DNA from: Octopus bimaculoides
Lineage: Eukaryota
DNA length: 64,000 nucleotides
Assembly: GCF_001194135.2 (NCBI RefSeq)
Contig: NC_068985.1
Coordinates: 19,449,254-19,513,253 of the forward strand
Direction of reading: 5' to 3'
The notes under the pieces were generated by a model that did no database searches, was not told the origin of the DNA, and saw only the letters and a list, made by a program, of their open reading frames with translations. The position numbers and the translations under genes are program-made. This document shows, one piece after another, positions 1-12,188 of this stretch (the first letter of the stretch is position 1; each line of letters begins with the position of its first letter).

Positions 1-291
1 TTTTTTTTTTCCGTCCTTGTTTTCGTATACATTCGCTGCTTTCTTCCAAGGAATCTAATGCTCTTGGCTTAGTTTTTCTTTGGCGCTGGCCAGATTGGAG
101 CGATCTCGAGTATAACCAGCCGAAATTGTAAAGATAATCTGGAACTCGACTGAGGAAAGAAATCTTCGAATGACCCGTTCGTATTTTTTGTTGTCCCTCT
201 TTTGTATCATCTATCTGGATGTTTTGCGTTCTTGTCGCATTTTTTGCGTTCCCTTTCATATACATATGGCGGTGTACGTACACTTTGGTCT

Positions 292-332
<41 letters not shown>

Positions 333-1397
333 CCCTCCTTGGCGCCCCCTAGCACATGGTGCCCCAGGCAACTACCAGAGTTGCCGGTACCTTGAGCCAG
401 CCCTGTTAAAACTTAAAGGCAAATTAATAAACAAGGGTAGAAAAATAGTACCAGCATTGCTAGAAATAAGAGCCAACGGTGACTCGATAGCCATACAAAG
501 CACTAACCTCATGAGATTGGCGAAAATGAGGGAGCGAGTAGAATCACCTTTCTTTGGTGAGATAAACTCACAAAATGAAGTAAACAGATATATCCACGTC
601 ACGTGATTTCGAACTCTGATAATGACCTTAGTTCTCATCAGTCGATCTTGCCGACACTCCGGGTTAAAGGATAGCTCGCTTCGAGGAACTCATGAGAAAA
701 CCGTTGAAAGCTTGGGCTAATTGAAAAACGGTTGAAGTGTATAGTATAAATAAAATGATATAATATATTAAATATATTATTATATAGGTGACCCATTAGC
801 AATTTAAGCCTAAAGGCAAATTAATAAGCAAAGGTACAAAAATAGAACCAAAGGTACCATGCCGTGGGACTGGACCTGGAACCATGCGGTTAGGAAGAAA
901 ACTTCTTACCGCGCATGCGCCTACACAGATACACACACACATGCACACAACACATACACACACGCACACACACGTTTACTTCATTTTTGTGAGTTTATCT
1001 GAGCATAGAAAGATACTTCTGCTCTCTCCCTCACTTTTCGTCAATCTCATGAGGTTAGTGCTTTGTGTGGCTAGCGAGTCACTTTTGACTCCTATTGGAT
1101 CTTTCTGAATTGACGGGCACCACTTTTCACTTATGTTTTATGTAGTGTTTTTGGTACCGAAACACTTTCAAACTTCGTATACTTGTATATTTTGTGTTAT
1201 AGAACAGATAAAAATTTTTGTATTCGAAGTTATTTCGCCTCGTGAGTGGATTTGGTAGACAGAAACTGAAAGAAGCCCGTTGCATTTGTGTGTGTGTGTG
1301 TGTGTGTTTCTGTGTAAAGAATTTCATACCGAAAATAATGCAAAAGTGAGCATAACCTTTTTATTAACTGACATTACTCCTTCAAATTACACATATA

Positions 1398-1795
1398 GGC
1401 ACAGGAGTAGCTGTGTGGTAAGTAGCTTGCTTACCAACCACATGGTTACGGGTTCAGTCCCACTGCGTGGCACCTTGGGAAAGTGTCTTCTACTATGGCC
1501 TCGGACTGACCAAAGCCTTGTGAGTAGATTTGGTAGACGGAAACTGAAAGAAGCCCGTCATATATATGTTTATATGTATGTGTGCGTATATATTTGTGTA
1601 TCTGTACTTGTCCCTCCAACATCGCTTGACAACCGATGCTGGTGTGTTCACACCCCCGTATCCTAGCGGTTCGGAAATAAGGGACCGATAGAATAAGTAC
1701 TAGGCTTACAAAGAATAAGTCCTGGGGTCGATTTGCTCGACTACAGGCGGTGCTTCAGCATGGCCGCAGTCAAATGACTGAAATAAATAAAAAGA
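1398..1795 (+). mobile_element. tRNA-derived SINE (abundant family in this window)
   Basis: tRNA-like head (gctgtgtggtaag...ggttcagtccc), shared body and gactgaaataaataaaa tail; near-identical copies at 29550 and 62543. Confidence 0.85.
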
Positions 1796-1849
1796 AAAAA
1801 TATATTGGGAGAGTAACTCTTCTTCTATACAAACGTGCTGCTCAACATT

Positions 1850-2770
1850 AGTTACCATCTCAAACAATGCATTTGTTTGTGATGGAAACCAGCGTTGAAC
1901 CCATCTCTTGAATTCTCTTTGACAAAAAAAAATTAAGTCTGCATTGTTGTATTGACTTCTTTGCAGTCACTTTCACCTCGTCTGTATCATCAAACCGCTA
2001 TTCCCCGAAGACCGAACAGGTGGAAGTCGGAACGTACGAGATTCGGGATGTAGCGTGGATGGAGGACTAACCCAGTTTGATGATTGCCTGATTTGTTACC
2101 AAAGGTGTGTGTGGTCGCGCGTTGCCATGATGAATGTGAGTCGTTTTCAGATTCTTCTCTGGAATCTTCCTTCTAAATGGCTTCTCTAAGCTTACTGCTC
2201 ACGATGCAGCCAAATTCCAGAAAATCCCGGAGAAGGATGCCATTGTCATGTCAATAACCAGTCACTATGATTCTCCATGCCGATTGCTGGCTCTTGAACT
2301 TCTTAGGTTTTGGAGAAGAGAAACGTATGTCCATGATCCATTTTTGGATCACAAAGATATAGACATGTTTCATCCCATGTCATCAGATGGGGTAAAAAAA
2401 AAACCTTAGCATTCTTCCAGCAAATCAGAGCAATCTCCATACTTCTCTCCTTCAAATTGGTTGTCAACTGCTGAGATTTAAATAAAAATTCAATGGGTCT
2501 AAACGAGAATATTTAGTCAGTTCAGGTGAAACAGTTGTTTTAGCAACATTGACTTGTTGAATTCCTCACATGGTAGAGCAGATAAGAAGCAGTTGTCAGT
2601 ATTCTCTAGGGTATGAAGTTTCGGCGGCTTCAGTTCTTACATTGGATGCTTCACGTTAAAGAGCATAGAGTATGTTGGCGTCTGTAAGTCTGCATTCTGT
2701 AGAGTGTGGATCTACCACGAGGGGAATCCAATAAAAGAATCGATGTTGTTAAAATAGTCAAAACAACCAT
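1850..2770 (-). pseudogene. Decayed mariner (DD34D) transposase remnant
   Basis: Reverse strand gives HHGNARPH, Y.PNLVRSDFHLFG, PKKFKSQQSA and a WDET-like motif, with many stops and frameshifts; ends at the 2772-2781 gap. Confidence 0.8.
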
Positions 2771-3189
2771 TNNNNNNNNNNGTACTGACCAATGGACTAA
2801 ATACTCTCACCTATACCCATTTTAAGTTTCTTTTAAATTCTCTCCACTCTGACTCCGAACATCTGATGATATGCATGTGTCAAACTTATTAAACACACAT
2901 CACACACACACGGGCGCATATATATATATATATATATACACGCACACACAGATACATGCACACACAAGTACACATGCGCACATATATACACATATATGAG
3001 GGACTCGTCCTGGCCGGAACAACAAATGAGCATCCAGTTATTCGGCGATCTTAATTACACATTCATTGAATTCGTGTGGCTGAGTATATCTAATGCCTCG
3101 CGTTCCGCTAAAATAGAAGAAGAGAATGAGTTTCCTAATATCACGCAACCTGAGAATCAAAGGGATTGAAAGGTTTCGAATTACAAGAC

Positions 3190-3440
3190 TATGCTATAGA
3201 AAATCAGGACCTCATTGAGGAGAAGTACATACGGAATGACAGCGATTCATTTGCCGTTATGAATGATAATAGGAGAATGGTATGAAAGTGAGTTGTTGAG
3301 TGAGGAAAATGTATGAGAATGAAAGGAGTTACCTGATATAGACCAGAGATTCAACTATACAAGTTGACAACAGTGCGACTGATAGAGAGATTAAGAGCAT
3401 GAAAGCAAGTAAAGCAACCAGTCCATCAAGAGAATGATTA
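3190..3440 (+). mobile_element. RTE LINE remnant (pre-RT region)
   Basis: NQDLIEEKYIRND and VDNSATDREIKSMKASKA, similar to the better-preserved RTE at 20235. Confidence 0.5.
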
Positions 3441-3477
3441 TTAACATATTTATTCTGAATACATTTAGGTAGCTTCA

Positions 3478-3800
3478 AGTGCAAAATATGCTACTCGCTG
3501 TAGTATATATCATAGCAGAATAACTTCTCTCTTTTACAATGACAGTGTTCACCACATTCGGCTCACTAGTGCACAGGATTCTGGGACACTGTTTCGACAT
3601 GTTGTGTTGCAACAGCCAAAGTAAGTGTAACTTAGGTAAATATTCTAGGTACTGCTTGCTGATGAAACTCATGCTGAAATACCAGTGTTCCAGAATCCTG
3701 TGTGCCATTGAGTCGACTGTGTTGAACATACTGTCGTCATAAAAGAGAGAAGTCATACTCTTACGACGTACAAAATAGCGACTAACATGTTTTGCATTTA
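3478..3800. repeat. ~320 bp degenerate palindrome (foldback/MITE-like)
   Basis: Arm 3478-3602 is the imperfect reverse complement of 3670-3800 (e.g. cttctctctttta..gagagaag, cacaggattctgg..ccagaatcctgtg); centre near 3637. Confidence 0.85.
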
Positions 3801-3974
3801 AACCTGCCCAAACGTAACTTCTACATATGTGGGAAATTCTGTCTGTGGGTGCGTTTGTGGAGTTGTTAGCTAACTCCTCCTACATCGTTTTATCGATTGT
3901 AATGAAATCTGATACGTGAGTAGAACTCATGTCTGGAAACCTCATGGCATACTCAGATTGTTGAAAAAAAATCG

Positions 3975-4615
3975 ATAATAGGGCCCCTGGAAGGGATCCT
4001 TATATACATCTAATATATTTCATTTTAACCAAGGGAAATAACCCATTCATTTTCCTAAATTATTTGGTATAAATCAAATTTATCCAGTACAACGCTTGAA
4101 CAAGTGAATAGTATTTCCCTAAACAACAGATCCATTTATTAGTGACTTATTCGCGAATATACCAACACTAGCGCTGCTGAGGGTAATATTCTCTGGGAAC
4201 GCACAAAAGCCCTTTTCAGAGTTATTTACCTTGAATTGTTATCTCATATCTTATTAGCCTGTTATTACGTAACATGCTTCATGGTTTTAGTATACATACC
4301 TTATTAATAATTATTCCTAAGTGCTATATGCTCTGGGAATGCATTAAAGCCCTTTTCGGGGCTACTTTATTTGAATTCTTACTATCGGGTAACTAATTTC
4401 ATGTTATTACATAACTGACTTCACAATTTGGGTATTCACAACTTATTGGCAATTCCTAAAAACAAGATCCTGAGTAAGACAGTTAGGTATTCTTTGTAAA
4501 TGCACAAAAACCGTTTTAAGGGCTACATACTTTGTATTGATGTTATTGGATTAGCGAAATAATTATGAGAACGGAACCAAGGGATAAGCCCCACTTTCCC
4601 GGGTACGGCAACTAG
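3975..4615 (+). mobile_element. Non-autonomous Helitron-like element with internal ~140-160 bp tandem repeats
   Basis: Three decayed copies of ctctgggaaYgca..aaagcccttttc at ~4191, 4331 and 4492; ends with cccgggtacggcaaCTAG|T (4612-4615), a Helitron-type 3' terminus; 5' boundary approximate. Confidence 0.55.
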
Positions 4616-4759
4616 TTAAGAATAAGCAAATAATCGTGCCTAGAAGTCGTTCATAGATTTTGTTCATTAACTAATCTAATAAGCAGTGAATGTGGATGCT
4701 CTATAAGTATAGTAATCATCTGGAAAATCTTATGGAACAATTACCTCTGCTAGCAACAA

Positions 4760-5170
4760 AGTATTTTCCCGAGTTAAGAACAGATTGTATGATGCCTGTG
4801 TATGATGTGCGATGCTGAATGACAGTGTGACATAGGCATTGATTGCAAAGGATTTGTGAACATTTGTGAGAAATGAAGTGAGCATACACTACTGGGTGTG
4901 CAATGTTAGTGAGCATGAATGGCATAACGCAAATGAGTAGAGAGAAAAACTTGATACACAAGGACTCAAGTGTTGTGTGCAAAATAAAAAAGACTGCGCT
5001 GTTATGGCCATGTGATATATATGGAGGATGTCAGTTGCATAAAATAGTGCAGGGTGACCAAAGTAGGTGTAACTTATGATTACATGGGGTGAAGTGGTGA
5101 CAACTGATTTCAGAACACCGAGTTTCACAGTGGAGAGGGAAAAGATCTGAGCACGAGGATTAGCAACATG
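4760..5170 (+). mobile_element. RTE LINE 3' coding fragment, decayed
   Basis: VKNRLYDACV, RNE.SI..WVCNVS, REKL, RLRCYGHV motifs; same family as 52412-52690. Confidence 0.75.
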
Positions 5171-7899
5171 GTAGCTACTTTAAATCAAAGCAAAACGAAC
5201 AATAAAAGGAGGTAGTGATAGCAGTATAATATATCTACATTTTGGTCTTTGACCAAATGTCATTGTTAAATTTTTATCTGCTGTTTCTCCACTCTTCTGA
5301 AATTCTCTCATCTCATTCTTTCCACTCAGCCTATTTTTTAGTCATTGAGGCAGTTAATCTCACCCATCCATTATAACAAACCACCAGTGTAACAAGGGAT
5401 TGCAATGACCCTACTGTTTTCCTTCATCACGAAATTTAAATATAAAAGAATAAAGACGGTCAGCATCCTCGCAACTTAGATCACCCGTTACTGACACCCA
5501 TCACTCGCTCTTACCGTTTTCTGTTTTTATTACTATCCATTAGTCTCTCTTTCCCTCTACTGCCTCACCACCTCCAATTATACTATTTCTACCACCATAC
5601 TTTTATTCTCTTCTGTCATCTAGTAAGGTGGGATTTCAGAATGCCCATACTCCTCCAGCACATGCCAGAAAAGAAAGCAGGCATGTGTGCGCGTGCGTTT
5701 GTGAGTGTGTGCGCGCGCGCTCTCTTTAAAAAGTATTTGGATTTCCTGCTCTGCACAATCCTTGATGGACTTATACAACAATTGGACTCAAGGATAAGGT
5801 GTCAACATTTGGGTGGGTAAACGCTCTACATTTCAGTAATTGCCTATTGGGTTCTTTTGCTCAATGCCTGTTTTCAAAACGTATCTTTTTTTAGCCAGAA
5901 AGCAATTTCCAAGTGTCATAAATTCTGCCAGCTTTTCAAGAAAAATAAAATAAGGTGATTTACAGCTGTATGCAAAATATATATGGCACCTTTAACAGTC
6001 ACAATACAAAGACATTGCAAGTAAGCTTAGAAAGAAAAGGACCAGTATGCAATTATTGAAACAAGAGAGTTGCCTTCTTAATACCCAGACAAAAGTATAT
6101 AGTACTATAGCAATAACTCTTTCTTATATTGCTTACAGAAGTTGCCTGAACCAGCAAAACCTCATTCTATCATTATTGGAAATTGTCATATCACTTTTAA
6201 AGTATATTTAGACGTTAAGATAAAGCAAAGACCATCAGCATGAGATTGGTAGTGTTACATATGGCATAGGCATTTAAAAACGTTTTTCAAAGTACTGCAG
6301 CTTCTGTCTTGCTGAGAAATTTCACATCATGTGCATCCCTACTGCAATTCTCAATAACAAAAAAGATTAGCTATTTTGATGCTGACATATTCTTTCTTGT
6401 AAATTTCAAGGAGCACCACTCTAACACCTGAAAGATATCCACAGACTCCAACAATATACATTTCAAAGTTCTCACATAGCTAACAGTCATTCTATATCTA
6501 TTGATATGTACAAAAAATTAAAGAGCTGATTGAATGAAACCATGATACAGGAATGTAATTTTTGTTTATTTGACACATAAATTAACACATCCACAAACGT
6601 GTGTATGCTGTGAGTGTGTAAAGTCTGGTATTATATAGTTCTCAGTTCAACAACTGCTAGCTAGTCAAGAGCACTTATGCTTCGTAAGCTTTATAAATTT
6701 CTGCAGTTATACATTTTACTATTAGCACCCAAACATACTGAAGACTGGGTCTTTGGGTTCACTTTTGTCATATTTGTAGCAATATTTTCTATTAATGTCC
6801 TCTCCAAGTTTCCATTTAATTTTTGCAGTCACTTTATAATGAGAGATTTTCTTTTTCACACAGAATATGAATGATACATATTTAAGTGCTAGCCATTTCA
6901 ACCAACCAATAGGTACACAGTTGAGAGGAATACTAAAATATCCTAAAGATAAAATTCAGAATTGCTCTTTGCAAAAAGAAATTGGAAAATAATTTCATAT
7001 CTTGAAAAAGAGAACAAAAATATCAGAAAAGAAGTTGTGTAATAAGAGATAAAAAGATGGCAAAAGAAAGAAAAATATACAAATAGATTCTCCATGAATA
7101 AAGAGCACACAATGAAAATTTCTGAAATAATTGACAAATGAAAAAATAACTTTGCAGTTATTTTTAAATAATGTTTTAGGAGAACAATAGATAGAAGCAG
7201 GTGGCAGTATGATTTCAAAGTAGAAGTTATAAAAGTAGGAAGTATAATCATTTCAAAATTATTTAAAAAAAAATTTTTAAGAAATGATTTAGTAAGAAAT
7301 AATATAATAATACACATAGAAATGGAGGACATAATTCACAAGCCAGCAGAGCTGTAGCATTTTATACTATAGGAAATTGGACGGAAACAGTAATTAGAAA
7401 AGAAATTTGGATACACAAATTTTCAAAATATTTTGACAATATTGCATAAAGGACTTTTCATGCAAATTAAATGAAGCTTTGTTGCATAAAAGAAATATAT
7501 ACTTGGACCATTTTAAAAAAGAAATCAAGACTCAATGAAATAAAATCATTACTATGAAAGTGTCAAGTATCTTAGAAAAAGATACTTGAAACATTGAAGA
7601 TGGAGAAGAAAATACATCAACAGTTGTGGCATTCATAATTAGAGTTATCAGTAGGAGACAGATATCAGATAAGAGATACATAAACATGATAATAACAATT
7701 TAAAATGGTCATTTTTAAGGCTAGAGATGGTCATTATTTCTAAGAGATAAAAATTTATAGTTGAAGATGAATAAAAAGAATGGTAGGAATTGTATTGCAA
7801 CAAGCTAAGTTACCTATACCAACAATAAGTTAACTTTGTAAACATTATACTAATATTGTACTATTAAATTGAGTTCACAACAGTTTCCCTTCAAAAGAG

Positions 7900-9300
7900 A
7901 AGAATGTTAAGATGTAATGAAGCCAAACTTCTACAGTCATTCCAACTTTAGTCAACCATTTTTGACAGTGATCCTTCCGGTCTCTCCACATGGTGATTCC
8001 ATGTCTTGTTCCTGTTTTCACCAAAATCCTAAGTCTTTCTCTCACAACTTACCTACTCTATGAAATACATTTCTGATTCTGCTCACCACATTCCTATTAC
8101 CAACTACTGTCCTTAATTCCAAAGTTTCAGAGGTTATGGAAGCAGTCTTCAACTACTAACTTGTCTATTTCTTCCAGTCTCTTCCTCTTCTTGATAACTA
8201 CCATTACATTTTCATTCAGAGAACTTAATGGTTGTTCCCAAGTCTATCAGAGATTCTTTCTCATATATATCATACAACAGTATTCTTATACTCCAGCAAA
8301 CTTAAATAAAATAATCAATGGTATGGCTCTTGACATGAAAACTTCCTAGCTAAGTCGTCCACCTCTAATGTCCTGAATTGCAAGTTTGCTGTCAGTCTGC
8401 TCCATCAATGTGTTTATGAAGAACTCTCCAACATGCATTCAATCAACTCTGGAGTAGCTTGGGGTTACGTTATATTTTCATGCATTTCCTTCCATACATA
8501 AACGACTTTCTCCTTGTTACTTCTAACCCTAACCTACTCCTATTCAAATTAATATCCCTCTTCCCTTCTCAGCATATACAGCAAACATTTGGGGATTATC
8601 CATATGTAACCTGGACACCCCATCATGAAGGCAGATGCCTTAGTGGTAAGGGTATTTGGCTCACGATCGTAAGGTCACGAGTTTGATTCCCGGCAGCACA
8701 TTGTGTCCTTAAGCAAGGCACTTTATTTCATGTTACTCCAGTCCACTCAGCTGGCAAAAATGAACTGTACCTGTATTTCAAAGGGCCAACTTTGTCACTG
8801 TGTCACACTGAATCTACCTGAGAATTACATTAAGGGTATACATGTCTGTGGAATGCTCAGTCACATTAGTTTCATGAGCAGGTTGTTTGTTGATTGGATC
8901 AAGTGGAACCCTCATTGCTGTAACTGACAAAATGCCAGTAGTACCATGCTACATTTTCAGTGTTTCCACCAATAGAGATTTCAAAAGTATCCTTCCAAAA
9001 GGGACATAACATTATAGTCCCTTTCATCACAATCATTATACATGTCAAGGAAACTCTAAAAGTTCTAACACAAATGCTAAGGTTCCCTCACTGCAACTAT
9101 AAATTTATATCACTGCCATAATTGCATCTGAAATGCTTGGTTTCCTCTTCCTTGTAATAGTACAATATTAGTTCCAAAAAATATTTCAGCACATATGAGC
9201 CAAAGCAGAACCCTTTACAATCACCCTGCTAGATATAGTAGCTAAATCTCCATCAAATAATATTGTCAGCATAAGCCTATAGACACTATTGTCTCGAGTC
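7900..9300 (-). mobile_element. Highly decayed LINE reverse-transcriptase region interrupted by a SINE
   Basis: Faint RT-like stretches on the reverse strand (IVLLQGRGN, NENVMVVIKKRKRL) on both sides of the 8630-8935 SINE. Confidence 0.35.
8630..8935 (+). mobile_element. tRNA-head SINE with conserved central domain (gtgtccttRagcaaggcactttatttca...)
   Basis: A/B-box-like head; related copies at 9370-9535(-), 31420-31780(-) and 50870-51170(+). Confidence 0.8.
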
Positions 9301-9979
9301 CTAAGATTCATGGTGTCTGATATTTGATTTCCATGGTGTTTAAATGATCGAGATCACAATATTTCCCTGGTGTTCCATTCAGGGAAACACCAGTCTGCCA
9401 CAGGTTACTCATTCACAGCTGAGTGGACTGGAGCAATATGAAATGAAGTGTTTTGATCAAGAACACAACAAATAACTATCTTGAAACCACTGTCTTGTGA
9501 CTCTGAATGCAATGCCTCAACCACTAGGTTACACACTATCACAAAATCACCTCCCAAATTCCTACAAATAAATAAATAAAGACACACTGAATAATATACC
9601 CTTGAAAAGATGGGATGATAAAGGCTGTAATATCATTAATTATATGCCTATTTAATGAGAACTGAGACTGGGAACAATAGCAATATTTGCCCATATCAGT
9701 TGCTATCTCACAAACTCAAGTACAGCCCAAGTTAGAATGCCGCTCATATAGTTATAGAAATACAAACTATAATTTTCATATCTAAAGCACATCAAGAAGA
9801 CAACATCTCCAGGTCATATTGGACACCTTGTAAAACAAGGAGCAACCTCCATTTAGTCTTCTCCCTTGTTTATTCATTAAAGCCAATTGAAAATAGATTT
9901 TCATATATGTATGTTTGTGTATGTAAGTATGATTTGGGGATATGTAATTTTATAATTATATGCACACACTTAGTTTTAT

Positions 9980-10018
<39 letters not shown>

Positions 10019-10839
10019 AATATATGCACACAAACACAGGCACATACATATATGCAAACAAAATTTCTACAGATAATCATGCGCTTATACACACATGCAT
10101 ACACATGAGCAGACATGCATATATAAATAAGATTCCCAAATACAGTAACTTCAGTTATTCAAAAGGCTTCTGACACCAAATTATATTTTAAGCACATTTG
10201 CATATTAAAGATTTAAATGCATCAATCACCGGAAGACTCATAAAAGACAGAGATGATCATTGGGATAACTTTTTCTTCAGCTTTTGTTTTCTTAAATGGT
10301 TGCTGCCAATATTTTAGGACATAACTACAGATACCATCCTTTGTTTCAGAAAAAATGGTATATTATTTTAATGAAATTTTCCTAGGATACATTTTGATGG
10401 TATAGATTAAGTTATATTGGAATTTGTTGTGAAATATTTCTTCAGGGTAGAAGAGAGAAGTTTTAGATAATTTGCACTACTTCAATTTCTTTCTTGATAA
10501 CTTTCTGAAAAATAGACATACTTATGATTAAATTTTTAACAAACATGTTTGTGACAAGGCAGATGATTACAATTGTATCAGAATTTGATATGAAAACAGA
10601 AAAAAACTGGGGTGGGGGATGAATAATTCCCACATCTCAACTTTGTTTCCTCATCACGTTTTGATAAAGTATGTGAATTATCTGCCTCCACATTACTTCC
10701 TTTTTCCTTTTTCTTTTTTTGCGCATCAAATTCTCACATAATCATAATCCACACCTACTGAAACATATTAGCTGAAAATCTTATTAAAACATACATTTTT
10801 CAGAAAGTTATGAAGAAACAAAGTCGGTAGGGATATGTA

Positions 10840-12110
10840 TTGGGTTGTCCGGAAAGCTTGTGCCGATTTATAGTAGCTTACCTTTCAACTTATTTTAGAA
10901 CATGGTTGAGTCCATAAAATAGGAGTTGACTACACCTCCATTTAGAGCACAGTTTAAGCTATCTTTTCGTGGAAGAAGGTTTATGTTCCAATAACCTGTG
11001 CTAAATCTGTAACCCTTTAAAATGGAAGATAAGAAAGTTCATTTTCAGCACTTGATGCTTTTCTTTTTCCGTAGAAGGAAAAATGCTCCACAAGCAACCA
11101 AAGAAATATGCGCAGTTTATGGTAATGTTTCTTTATCTGTAAGAACTGTATGGAAGTGGTTCACAAGGTTCTGAGTTGGAGATTGTAGTCTTATTGATAA
11201 AGAGCGATCAGGCAGATCATCCACTACAGATGATGATCAAATCAAGTCATTAATTGAGAATAACCCACATTGCACAACCAGAGAATTGGCAGAAAGCCTC
11301 AACCTATCAAAATCGATCGTTCATGAGCACCTGGTAAAGCTTGGGTACACAAATCGCTATGATGTTTGGGTACCACATGAGTTGAGTGAGAACCTTTTGG
11401 ATTGCATTTTCATCTGTGATTCGCTTTATAAACGGAATGAAAACGCACCTTTTTTAAAGCAAATTTTGACAGGTGATGAGAAATGGATTATCTACCGAAA
11501 TGTTCAGAGAAAGTGATCCTGGAGTAAGCGACATGAGCCACCTTTAGTCACCCCAAAAGCGAGTCTTCACCCTAAAAAAGTCTTGCTTTGTGTCTAGTGG
11601 GATTGGAAAGGAATTCTGTACTATGAGCTTCTCCCAAGTAACCAGACAATTAATTCTGAGAAATACTGCACACAACTGAACGAGTTAAAAGTAGCAATTC
11701 AAGAGAAACGTCTGGAATTGGCCAACAGGAAGGGTGTTGTTTTCCAACATGCTAATGCAAGACCACATGTTTCTTTGGGAACCAGACAAAAATTGCTGCA
11801 GCTTGGCTGGGATGTGTTACCCAACCCTCCATATTCACCAGATATTGCTCATTCGGATTTCCACTTATTCTGGTCTTTGCAGAATAGTCTTAATGGTAAA
11901 AATTTAAATTCCTTGGATGACGTAAAAAGATACCTTGATGAATTCTTTGCCATGAAAAACCACCTCAATTCTGGGAACAGGGTATTTTCAAGTTAAAGGA
12001 AAGATGGAGACGCATTGTGCAACAAAATGGTTCATATTTGGTTGATTAAAAATGTAATGGCAAGTACTTATTGACCTTAAAAATCAGCGCGAACTTTCTG
12101 GACAACCCAA
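10840..12110 (+). mobile_element. Full-length mariner element (1271 bp), mellifera-subfamily-like
   Basis: TA-flanked TIRs TTGGGTTGTCCGGAAAG...CTTTCTGGACAACCCAA; internal transposase. Confidence 0.95.
11022..12049 (+). pseudogene. Mariner transposase pseudogene
   Basis: MEDKKVHFQHLM, WVPHEL, TGDEKW, HANARPH, YSPDIAHSDFHLF; stops at 11172, 11514 and 11595, a frameshift near 11955, second catalytic D changed to A. Confidence 0.93.
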
Positions 12111-12146
12111 TATAATTATACCGTTATATATATTATTTGAATTGAC

Positions 12147-12188
<42 letters not shown>

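Noticed and set aside
1398-1480. tRNA-like A/B-box sequences at SINE heads
   Set aside because: No cloverleaf; these are SINE promoters, not tRNA genes
5720-6480. Unique-looking sequence with exon-like ag..gtaag segments and a weak SKCHK motif
   Set aside because: No coherent reading frame or recognisable family
6943-7700. 129-aa minus-strand hydrophobic ORF
   Set aside because: Reverse complement of an A-rich tract, probably a very old LINE 3' region; not a gene
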